Shown one piece after another: positions 1-10,711 of a stretch of DNA of 20,000 nt. The stretch is from Patellaria atrata CBS 101060. Taxonomy: Eukaryota. The stretch covers positions 732,556 to 752,555 of the forward strand of contig MU006089.1 in NCBI GenBank assembly GCA_010093705.1, written 5' to 3'. The notes under the pieces were generated by a model. That model searched no databases, was not told the DNA's origin, and was given only the letters and a program-made list of their open reading frames with translations. A program made the translations under genes and the position numbers. How positions within the stretch are numbered: the first letter of the stretch is position 1; each line of letters starts with the position of its first letter.

Positions 1-206
1 GCACCCGCTCCTGCATCGGCACTAACCTCGCCTACGCCGAGATGTATACCACGATCGCGACCGTGTTTCGTAGGTTTCCGAGCATGCAGTTGTTCGATAC
101 CACGTGGGAGGATATGGAGCCGGCGCATGATTACTTTGCGGGAATGGTGAGGTTTGATAGGAGGAGTGGAAGGTGTGGGGTTAGTGTTAGAGTTGGGGGG
201 AAGTAG
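1..206 (+). CDS. Cytochrome P450, C-terminal end (gene begins upstream of window)
   Basis: Frame from nt 3 reads (G)TRSCIGTNLAYAEMYTTIATVFRRFPSMQLFDTTWEDMEPAHDYFAGMVRFDRRSGRCGVSVRVGGK*, stop TAG 204-206. GxRxCxG heme-ligand motif followed by the LAYAEM helix is diagnostic of P450. Not in the ORF track. Confidence 0.93.
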   Translation, partial: TRSCIGTNLAYAEMYTTIATVFRRFPSMQLFDTTWEDMEPAHDYFAGMVRFDRRSGRCGVSVRVGGK

Positions 207-967
207 GGGGATGTGTGGAAATGTGGTTGGTAGGTGAGTTGATATTGTGGGATCTGGTAGTGTATTTCGGCGAAGGGTGATGCTCATGGAGGACTCCTTG
301 ACTTATCTGAAATATGATGAAAGATGTACGGTATAAGCGTTTACTGTCGGTATTTTATCATTCTTGATCCTTTACCATACATCAGGATGGACTTTTCTGT
401 GTATTGTTTCATGGCAGCGTATGAATGTCCTCTTTCCTCCTCCCGGGCCGTAATCGGCATACCTCAGTCGTACTGTACGGTTGAGCCTGGATACACTCGG
501 AATTGCCAAATCAGCTCCTTCGAAATATTACTGGCCCTTACGCTCAACTCGAGACTCGCATAATCAGAAGTAGACTATAAGGTATCTTTGCTTCTAGCTG
601 ATTAGACTTCTGCTGTACAGCCACTACCACCATATATCAATCTATAATTACCCTCGGTTCGGTCAATCCCATGTACAATGAATAGAGAGCACCCGTACAT
701 TCTAGGACTCCTATATCAAAGAGTCTAAAATATAGCAAGCGGGTCTACAACACGCCCAGATCATGATTGACAGAGTACAGTTCAATTGAGAACTTGTCGT
801 ACATTCTCCTTCGTATCCCAAAACCTGTCTACTACTCAGACCAAAAACAAATACAAAGTCAGGAATAGGACTTCAAGCAACTCCTAAAAGGTGGAAGCAA
901 TCCACAAAGAACCAATTCAAATACACGGAGCCAAATATTCCAAGCCTCCCAACCCATCTCCTAGGAC

Positions 968-3900
968 CTACATCAAACTACTTCTCCCCCCGATCTCATT
1001 TCCGCCCTGCCCGTTCGGCATCTCCCCATTCCTCCCAACCACGAACTCCCTATAGATCGCCGCCAGCCTCCTCCTCTCCTCGGGACTGATACTACTCCTC
1101 GTAGTTCTCAGCGAACTAACTATATGCTTCCACTCAATAGTCGGCTCCTTTCCAGCCGTAGAATCCCTCCCCTTATCAATCTCAACACTCGAATTCGAAA
1201 CCAGCTGATTCTGCAACGCCTTCTGCCTCCGCCGCGCGGCATTAATAGCGCTGATTTTCGCCGCGATGGCCGCGCGCTCCGTGAGTGCCGCGGAAGGAGT
1301 CGCCTTCGCGTTTCCGGAGTTGGTGTCCGCGGCGTTGTCACCGAAGCGGAAGTACGAGAACTCGGGTAGGCCTTTAGAACTGGGCCCAGGCCCATGGCCG
1401 TTGATCTTGCTCTTCTTGTTCTTGCTTTGGGTGGAGTTCGCGCTCAGTTCTTCGGCGTCCAGAACGTCGTGGATGGCTTCGAGTTGGGCGTTGTACATCA
1501 CAGCTTGGAGGTCGGCGCCGGAGTAACCCTCTGTCCGCCGGGCGATTTCCCACAAGTTGTCACCAGAGGACTCGTCGGTATCTAGGACGGAGTCATCGAG
1601 GTTTAAGTTTCGCGTAACGGCTTTCAGAATATCGACTCTCTCCCCGAGGTCTGGCATATCGCAGATGAGACTCTTGTCAAGCCGTCCAGGACGTAGTAAC
1701 GCAGGGTCAATGAGATCAGGTCTGCTCGTGGCAGCAAGTACATACACTCCACTTAAGCCCTCTGCGCCATCCATCTGAGTGAGTAGCTGGTTGACGACGC
1801 GGTCTGTTACACCAGTAGAATCGTGCCCTCGCTTCGGCGCGATAGAGTCGAATTCATCGAAGAAAAGGACGCAGGGCCGGGCTGCTTCCGCTCTCTCGAA
1901 GAGATCACGAACCGACTTCTCTGAAGCTCCGATGTACTTATTCAATATTTCTGGGCCTTTGACACTAATGAAGTTGAGGCCGCATTCGCCGGCTACCGCT
2001 GACGCGAGGAGGGTCTTGCCACACCCTGGATAACCGTAGAGCAATAGCCCTGAGCGAAGCCGCAACGAACACTGAGCGAAGATGGGTGCGTAAGTTGTCG
2101 GATATTGAAGCGTTTCAAGCAGTATCTGACGTGTAGAGTGTAAACCACCAATAGAGTCCCACCTAGTAGTGGATGACTGTAGTGTTACGTTTCGTAGTGA
2201 GGCTGGGGTAAAGCCCTTGATCGCAGCGGCGAAGTCGTCCTTTCTAAGATAGATTGTACCGCTTTGGGGATGTTGAGAGGAAACCGAGCGGATGAGAGCT
2301 TCATTTCGAGCCCGAGAGACCAAGAGCACAAGATCACCGGGCATATAGCCGTCTGTCTGACCGGCGAGATCGAGGAAATCAATGGATTTATCGATGATGA
2401 ATCCATCTTGGGATATAGTTCTCCGGTGACCATGTCCATGACCAGATGTACTAGGTCTGCTAGATGAGCTTGTCCCATCCATCCATGCAGTTCCCTCTCC
2501 ATTCTGTTTTCCTAATGAGGTATTATTCATCTTACCATCACCGTCTAGTAAGGTTTTGTCAGAGTCCACTAGCATTTCAAGTACCCTGCGTCTACCCTCT
2601 TTATTTGGTGCCTTCAAGCTTACGATTTCCCTAACGATATGGCCACCGATGAGAACGTTATTTACTGCCTCCTTGGCTTGCGCTGTTACAAGTAGCACAA
2701 CCCCGGACTCCAGGTAGCAGTATTGTCTTATAACCGCACTCATGCACTCGCTAATGTGTCTACTGCGGCCGTTCTCCCCGCCAACTTGCAGTTCAGTCTC
2801 TACTGGACAGAGTCTATCAACATCATCAAGAACGATTAACGATCGTCCACCTTGTCGTGCGCCCCATGACGCTGCAGAAAAAAGACGGTTTAAGGTATCT
2901 TTGACGGTGGATACTCGAGTTTCATCTGTGACGAGGCTTCGACAAGGGAAGTAGATGGTATGAAACAGATGCTCATTTTGCAGCCGATGGGCCAAAAGAT
3001 GAGTGAGAGATGTTTTCCCCGAACCAAGTCCACCGGTGAGTAGCACAGACGAAGAATGGGAGAGATGAGATAGTAACTGTTCGATCAGAGTATCGATCCC
3101 AGCCATAACTGGACTCGATTTAGGTATGGTCTCGCCAACAGACGAGCTTTTGAAATGACTTGTCGGCTTTGTTATTTCTGATTGGAGTTCAATAGGTAAA
3201 GTCCGTTCAGATCCAAGGATCCATAGAAGAGGGGACTTTTTGCTCTCCCCGAGGAGGGGTGGTGCTGGGTCGAATTTGATCACCCCTCCTGGCCATTCCA
3301 TTCCAGGTTGACCTGCTGGCGGCAGTACCATCCCATGGGTTAAAGGCCCGTCTAATAGACCGTTCCCGTCGGGAGTCTTGCCAAAAATCTTCTGGACTAG
3401 TCGTGCACCTTCTTCCCGCTCTTGTTTGGACTCGCCACCAAATTTTATAGCTCCACTGCCCTGGGGACTTGCGGTTGAAAACGGTAGTACCTGGAGGATT
3501 TTAATGGGGACATCTTTTGAGGTAATACCGCTATTGGTCTGTGACTTGAAGAGTGACTTGTAAGTTTGAGGCGGAGCGACTTCGACCCTTACTAGACCTC
3601 CAACCATACCCTCGGAACCCAGAATATCGCACAATACGGAAGACAGTGCAATATGTTTAGCGTCAGGAGCATATTCCCATAATCCGACCCGAGCAACAAC
3701 TTTACTAGCTGGCTTTTCGACATCCGGTTCTTTCTGAGGATCAACAGGTTCTTGGATACCCACTGGAGTGACGATAGACACACTAACCCATGTTGCGCCC
3801 TTTAATTCTTTCGAAGAGAGCAAGTCTGGATCAACCCATACTTTGAGACCTTCATCGTCCATGCCTTCCGCATCTTCGAACAAGTCACCCCCTAGGCCAC

Positions 3901-4916
3901 GGTCTATCCCACGGAGGTAGAGTGGGCCTCTGTTAGACGACTCATCTCGTGTGCTCCGTCGTCGGACAGTACTTGCACCACTCTTGCCACCAGCGCTCCT
4001 GCGACTAGTACTAGCAACACTACGATTCTCACGGTTGGATAATCTTTCTGAGCTCTGTCGGGTTTTGGGTGCGACTATAACCTCTGCGTCAGGAGATATT
4101 TTGATGAAAGGGGAACTCGAAGCCGGAGCGGGTATCAATGATGTGACGGTGATATTAGCTGTCGACGTAGGAGAGAGATGCAGAGTTAGAGGATGAGGAA
4201 CGTGCTTCTGAGTATCTGGTGAAGGAGAGTATGAAGGATTTGGTAAGGCGCGAACTTGGGACAAGAAATTGAGTTCGAGAAATTGTGCATGTAATTCAAT
4301 CACTGTTACCATCAGTATCACGAGTATTAAAGCCAGACATTGACTTACTCTCCCAATCCGCCGGTATCAATGGTTCGATGTTGATGGTATGCGCTTGAGG
4401 AGGGTCTAGATGCAGAAGTACACCCACCTACTAAAGCATATGAGCGGAGTGTTTGCGCAAACCTGATGATATCAATCATACTCTCTGGCCCTCTTCTATG
4501 CCTAACAATCGAGCGAAGGTCGCATCCATCTCAACTATAGATACGTCCTGATCTCTCCCAGCAGTCCCTCCTCTGATATTCAACCCATCTTTACCAACAA
4601 CGCCAGCAACCTTCCGCTTGCTTTGTAGGCCAGTCCATCCCACGAAGACTGATTTTGAGATCGGTGCTTCTCTCGAGCCGGAGCCGCTTGGAGGGCGTTG
4701 TTGACGGTAGTTTAGCTCAATGACTACATTTTGAGCTATCTAGAAGAGTGATTAGTAAAATTTCAATTGGTATGAGTATAGCTTTCTTACTGTATTCGCA
4801 TTAAGAAGAACAGCTACCAGAGGTGCTGGCAAGTTAACAAGACAATTCTTGAGAGAATGCAGAAGTCCAATCTCCGCCTGAGCGATTTGACCGGTAGTCT
4901 TCTTATTAGAAGCCAT
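968..4916 (-). CDS. PEX1: Peroxisomal biogenesis AAA+ ATPase Pex1, 4 exons (4916-4791, 4739-4482, 4427-4349, 4302-968), about 1265 aa
   Basis: N-terminus MASNKK...LKNCLVNLP...SVFVGWTG...INIEPLIPADWEMIELHA is the Pex1 N-domain signature. D1 Walker A GGLGSGKT with degenerate Walker B LDDVD; D2 GYPGCGKT, FFDEFD, GHDSTGVTDRVVNQLLTQMDG, ATSRPDLIDPALLRPGRLD. GT-AG introns 4790-4740, 4481-4428 and 4348-4303 keep the frame. Confidence 0.97.
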
Positions 4917-5025
4917 GATTCGGTCGTTGATGGAGATTTCAGGGAGCCATTGTTCAGTCCATAGCTCGCTCTTGTATCGCAGACGCGCTCACTGGTTGTT
5001 ACAGTTCGGCCTAAGTTCAAATGGA

Positions 5026-5031
5026 CCTCGG
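5026..5031 (+). promoter_or_regulatory. CCTCGG, candidate FarA/FarB (Ctf1-type) fatty-acid response element upstream of PEX1
   Basis: Exact CCTCGG about 110 nt upstream of the PEX1 ATG, in a 339-nt intergenic gap. This core is the known FarA/FarB site of peroxisome and beta-oxidation genes in Aspergillus. A 6-mer can occur by chance. Confidence 0.5.
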
Positions 5032-5255
5032 CTTTCTAACGATACACGCTAGACAATATACGGTAATTGGCTATAGGAGTTTCCATTTCAAATTCAATTT
5101 ATATATAATGTCACTTACCGAACTCATGAAAGTATTCAAATTTCGGGGATTATTGACTGGAAACTATAGAGTGTCACCAGGTGAAAGATTGATCTCAGAT
5201 TCATCCGTCCAAATCGATTAACTTTGTCACGAACTCCTTTGGGACATTATGAAGA

Positions 5256-7051
5256 CTACCCTTCAAGCCCATACTCCTCGATTAATCTCTCACTTGCAAT
5301 CTCCCCAATCTGATATGCCCAAGCTACCGTATGACAACTGGGTACAAATGGTGTTACGCTCATATCCGCAACCCTGAGCCCCTCGACGCCCTTAACCTTG
5401 AACCGTGTGTCTACACACGCCATCTCATCAACATCCTTCCCCATCATAACTGTCGAGCTCATATGCCACGTACTTCCCGTAAACTTTTTCGTGAATGTCC
5501 AAATATCCTCGTCGCTCGCACTCTCCGGGACATGAAACGGAGCCACGGTCTCTTTGGCGATGTCCGGAATCGCAAAGAAGGCATGTAGTCGTTTGACGTT
5601 ATCGACCCAGTTCAGCCGATCCCATGGATGCGTTAGCATCTTGGGATCGCACACAGGTGGATCCTGGGGGTTGGTGGATGCGAGCGTTACAGCTCCCCGC
5701 GACTGCACTGCCATTCCACTTGCGCAAAGAGTAATGTAAGAGCGGTCCTTGTTAGCATGGGGTAATGGTGCCATACAAGCCATCAATTCTCCCGTAGGAC
5801 TGGTCGGGCTGAGGATGCGAGCTTGGGTTGAAGCAGGAAGAGCTTTGAATTCGGCCGTTTCGAACAGAGCCTCGTTCTTGTAGAATCCCATGATGATCAT
5901 CGCGTAGATGCTGGCAAGGGGCCCACTGCCATCTTTAAAGAGCTGTTCCCGCGCCGCTGCGTGAGCTCTAGCGTCAGTAAAGAGGGCTGCATGATTATCA
6001 AAACCGTCTCTAGCTTGCATGGACATGAACATTATGGGGTGGTCCTGGAGATTCTTCCCGACACCAGGGAGGTCATAAACAGATTCAATGCCATGGACTG
6101 CCAGTTCATCTTTAGGACCTATCCCGGATAGCAAAAGCAGTTTTGGTGAGTCTAATGCTCCCGCACATACGATCACCTCGTTTTTAGCTTTGTCTAGGTT
6201 TACTGTCAGTTCCGTACTGGATTTATTGGTCGATTAAGGAGAGTTACCTACAAGTTTTTTCGTTGGCAATGACACCGATGGTACGCTTTTCTTCAAATAC
6301 GAGTTTAGTAACAGGTGAATCAGTCCGAATGGCCAGATTTGAAGGTGGATCTGTCAAAAATGCCACTCGAGCTGTACAGCGTAAGGAGTTCCGTGCAGTG
6401 GCTGGATTGATTCCTATTCCTAACGGGTTACCCGAGTTGATATCGAGATTTCGGTCATATCCCGAACTATTTATCGCATCCAGTGTTTTCGTAAGCGGCG
6501 GGTCCCACAGCTGACCAAATTCAATGTCGATTGACCCAGATGTCCCATGGATTGCCGGGTCAACCGTAGCATACGGCTGATATTCTGGCCGGACCTTTGT
6601 GTTGAATCTTTCGATCTTCTTCAGCCGACGACGAGAATTTTCAGAGTTAAATGTATCATCGCCAACGATTCGTGCCCACTGATCATAGTCCTCATTCGGT
6701 CCAGTAGTCCAACAACAGAAATTAACTGCACTAGAACCTCCTAACCCCTTTCCGCGATCAAAGTCGATTGACCTGTTTTCCAGAACTTCCTGTGGTGCGG
6801 TCTTATAGCCCCAATTCATTTCAGGGCGCACAAATGCAGTAAGAAATCGCTCAGGGAGGAGCATGATCTCCCGATCCGCATTTGGTCCTCCTGCCTCCAG
6901 TAACAATACACTCGGAGCTTTAGAACTTCGCGCTAGGCGAGACGCGATAGTCGATCCAGAAGGTCCGCCTAAACGATGATGAATCACCCCATATCACATG
7001 AGACTCGAGAGCCGACTTACTGCCTACGATAATAAAATCATACTCAGCCAT
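5256..7051 (-). CDS. GMC (glucose-methanol-choline) FAD oxidoreductase, AA3-like, 3 exons (7051-7021, 6968-6252, 6193-5256), about 561 aa
   Basis: Spliced N-terminus MAEYDFIIVGSGPSGSTIASRL (Rossmann GxGxxG), VLLLEAG, RGKGLGGSSAVN, AKNEVIVCAGALDSPKLLLLSGIG, DLPGVGKNLQDH, STWHMSST, VKGVEGLRVADMSV. Introns 7020-6969 and 6251-6194 are GT-AG. Confidence 0.95.
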
Positions 7052-8642
7052 ATTGTTAACAAACACTATGGTCGATATATTTGTCTATTCCACTGAATAT
7101 CACCTTTCCGGTTTCTCTGCAACTAATGAAATCACACGGCTGGGAAAGCTAACAATTTGCTCCTGAATGATATGAAAGTATCTCGGAGGAACTTAGTTCA
7201 GATATGAAGAATATGACTGAGAATAAGGGACCATGATCTTCTGATATGGCGTAATGAAGGAAAGTGGAGTACGAAACTCAGGTTTCCAGGGATACTTATA
7301 TATCCATTGAATGTAATACTTCCCTCCCACCCTAAAGACAAGGTCAATCGGCATGATTATTCATTCGACTGAGGATAAGCAAAAGCTGGCGAGGAAGTAT
7401 TCCACTCCATAAGAAGTAACGAATCAGAGTAATACTACAGGATATAGCAAGATGCAGGGTGTAGAATATGCGTGCAGATAGCTCCACTCTAGACTCAGCG
7501 GGTCAGAATAAATACTTTATTTGTACAAAGGTACAACATCAACGACCAGGCTGAGATTCGCTAAACTCTCAATTCTGGATCCGAGAAGCATACCAACAGT
7601 GCGGAGAGGTCATATTCGTACGTAGTACAATACAATGGTGGTTGGTTATGAAGCGAAGGATTGGAACCTTGCTAGATAATTACCTTCTATCACAAATTGC
7701 CGGCGGGATGTAAGACGATTTGGAGCTCTCCCATTACAAACCATAATACATGAGAAACAAAAGGCACCGTGAGCTCAGCGTCGTAAGGTTCTTCGATTTC
7801 TCACCTTTAGGCGTCCCATCCTCGACCTTGATCACGAGTGATACCGCTGTCCTTTGCTGTAGTTCTGAAGTTGACGGACTGAGTACCGTAAGCGACTCTA
7901 TTCCAGTTCCGAGCAACCTGATACGCGTCTGATTCGGTTGTTTTTAAATCTTCTTCCACTCTAAAGGCGCGAGAGGTACGCATAACCGATTAGTAAGATG
8001 CTATCGCAAGGACGGATGCCTGGCTTTGGTAACGATCCTGCATTGAGTCCTGCATACGGTGGTCCCTTCCTGTCTCGCATATAGCCTACAGTATCACCTG
8101 GGTAGTTCTATGCTGGAAAATGGAAAAGTATAAACCTGACTTCTTGGTCCTTGGTCCTCTTCCATGTGATCTTACCACAATGACAAGTCTATCAGTGCTC
8201 GTACGGACTCCTGTCGGTTAGAACTAGAGAGCTACAAAAAAAGCAAAATGGAAACCATTTCGGAAGAAAAGAAAGAGCATTGCTGAGTATAGATGTTTCT
8301 AAATACGAAGGCTGAAAGGGGAGACGAGAACGTGAATATAGAGTAACTTAACACTCCAAGGTAACGGTACTGAGGACTAGATCAAGGAGTCAAAATAAAG
8401 GCGTCGAGTAGTTGTGCAAGAATTTGAGGTACTTGTCCCGAATTGGGTAGAAATGCGAACAAATACTCACCTCCAAGGTTTTCGTCCTTCATCAAACTCA
8501 ACACCTACCAAACATCTACATGATCCAAGATATTAGTTACCGCCCTTTCATCATCTACTATTCATAGAACAAGAGATTTGGGAATTAGTACGATGGCTCA
8601 ACCACAGGGCGGAGTCTCCCTTGTCCGATCAAAGCGGTACCC

Positions 8643-8692
8643 GATAAGATATCTCTCAACGCTCAACCACGGTTGGAGGCGGCTTTATAAAA
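8643..8692 (+). promoter_or_regulatory. Overlapping GATA sites (GATAAG/GATATC, 8643-8653) and TATA box (TATAAAA, 8686-8692) upstream of serine dehydratase
   Basis: Motifs read directly, about 115-160 nt upstream of the ATG at 8805. AreA/NIT2-type GATA control would fit an amino-acid catabolic gene (inference). Confidence 0.45.
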
Positions 8693-8804
8693 TGTCTTCC
8701 GTGCTATATAGTCCTTGAATTCAATTCAAAAAGCGCAAGAAGAGCAATCGTTCTCCCCTCTGTTCTCCGATCAAAACATCAATTACACAATTCATACCTT
8801 AACC

Positions 8805-10185
8805 ATGACCGTATCAGTGAAAGCACACAAGAAACCCTGGAGGGAGACTCCTCTCCATGAATCAAGCGCACTTTCTAGAGCTGCTGGCTGGTAAGCCTAC
8901 GCTAACACATGCTCACCACAAGTATACCTTCTAAATCGTAGAAGCAGAGTCTTTCTAAAGCTGGAGAACCTCCAACCATCTGGTTCTTTCAAGTCAAGGT
9001 ACTGATATTCTACATCTTCCTCTCCGCTCCATAAGATACACAACATCAGAGTATACTATGTGTGGCATATGATTCACTTCTTTCTATACTGCTATCGACA
9101 GAACTGGACCAATATGGCATCCTTGTCGAAGGTCAAGGAGAGCATTTGCGAATTCATTCTTACTCAGGGCCTGAACGCTCAGTGCTTACATATGAACTAG
9201 GGGTATCGGCCATTACATGCACCGTCGTCTCCTTGAACATCCTTCACCCCACACCGCTCACTTCTACTGCTCCTCTGGCGGCAATGCAGGGCTAGCCTGT
9301 ATCCATGCATCGAAAGTCTTCAAGCGTCCCTGTACGATTGTGGTACCAACAGCAACATCTGCAGGTATCATTGCTAAAATGCGTGCCTCCGGAGCTAGCA
9401 AAGTAATCCAATACGGCGCCAATTGGAAGGCCGCCGATACGTTCATGCACGAGGCTGTGATGAAGGGCGACGACGCAATATACGTACCTCCATTCGATCA
9501 TCCCGATATTTGGGCCGGCCACGAAACCATGGTTGAGGAGATTATAGACGAGCTCTACGGGGAGAAACCCGATGCTATCATCTGCAGCGTCGGCGGTGGT
9601 GGACTCCTGTGCGGTCTGATTCAGGGTTTAGATAAGCGGGGATGGGGCCATGATATCGATATCCTAGCTATGGAAACGATTGGAGCGGATTCTCTTAATA
9701 CGTCTATCAGGAAGGGAGAACACATTACGCTGCCGGAGATCACATCGCTAGCAACCACCCTCGGATGCGTGAGGGTCTGCGACGAGGCATGGGAATACGC
9801 GCAGAGGCCCAATGTACACAGCATTGTCCTAGAAGACGCCGAAGCCGCGATGGGATGCTGGCGACTAGCGGACGACGAGCGACTGATGGTCGAGATGAGC
9901 TGCGGTGTTGACGTTGCCCTCTGCTACGATGGCAGGCTTAAGAATGCTTTAGGCAAGAAGCTCACCAAAGACAGCAAGGTCGTTGTCGTACTGTGTGGAG
10001 GCAGTAACGTTACCGTCGATCTCTTAAATGAGTATCGACGGAACTTTGGATATATCGAACAGAAAATGCCGGATACCCATGGAGAAGTTCCCAGTGAACT
10101 AAGCAAGCCGTACGACTATATGAATGGTGGAATCCCTGACGACCTAAGCAAGTCGTACGCAAGCATTACTGCCATAGCAGTGTAA
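8805..10185 (+). CDS. PLP-dependent L-serine/L-threonine dehydratase (CHA1/SDS-like), 3 exons (8805-8890, 8945-8998, 9201-10185), about 374 aa
   Basis: Spliced sequence [50 protein letters not shown] contains the PLP lysine motif SFKxRG. Also SSGGNAG, YVPPFDHP, SVGGGGL, SLATTLG and VLCGGSN. Confidence 0.94.
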
Positions 10186-10711
10186 CGTATTTCAGGATAT
10201 GTAGAGCCTTTCATACGATCGGGCTCTATCTCCTTTACCACCCATGGCATCCTCTAGCTACTCTACACTTTCCATACACCCAATGGCGTACCATACAATT
10301 CCTCTTTCTTTTATACGATCTTACGATCTTGTACAGCTCGAGCTAAGGGCCTCGTTATAGTATGCATACGGGTAGCCAGGAATACCATAGCAGGGGAAAT
10401 GATACTGTTCATTCAGTTTTAGAAGGGCGTTATTTTCGGAGTATCGGGGGCTAATAGACTTAGATAGAATGTTCAGACTCAGCGCCACTAGTCTAGGTAG
10501 AATTGTGGTATCAAACATAATGCGGAAATACAATAATTTTACATTTCATTATAATCGATCTTTGCACGTAGATACAGCCCCCTATTTTGCGTACCCGTCT
10601 CATCACGTCTTCGGTCCAGAAGTAAGCCAATACTGTGTCGACAAAGATGACCCTCTGGATAAAAAAAAATTGGGTGTATTTTTGCGATGAACCGTGTCCC
10701 TGTATGGTGCG

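Noticed and set aside
324..563. 79-aa ORF between the P450 and PEX1 3' ends
   Set aside because: No recognisable motif; it lies in convergent terminator/UTR space and is likely spurious.
2815..2840. Degenerate Walker B (LDDVD) in the first PEX1 AAA domain
   Set aside because: A degenerate D1 ring is normal for Pex1/Pex6.
1120..4196. Many short ORFs overlapping PEX1 on the opposite strand or in other frames
   Set aside because: Shadows of a long coding sequence with no independent motifs. The same applies to ORFs overlapping the GMC, dehydratase, RAM2, HIS1 and GCD11 genes.
1..7051. P450, PEX1 and GMC oxidoreductase as a secondary-metabolite cluster
   Set aside because: No backbone enzyme, transporter or regulator is visible, and PEX1 is a housekeeping gene. 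Sequence upstream of the window cannot be assessed.
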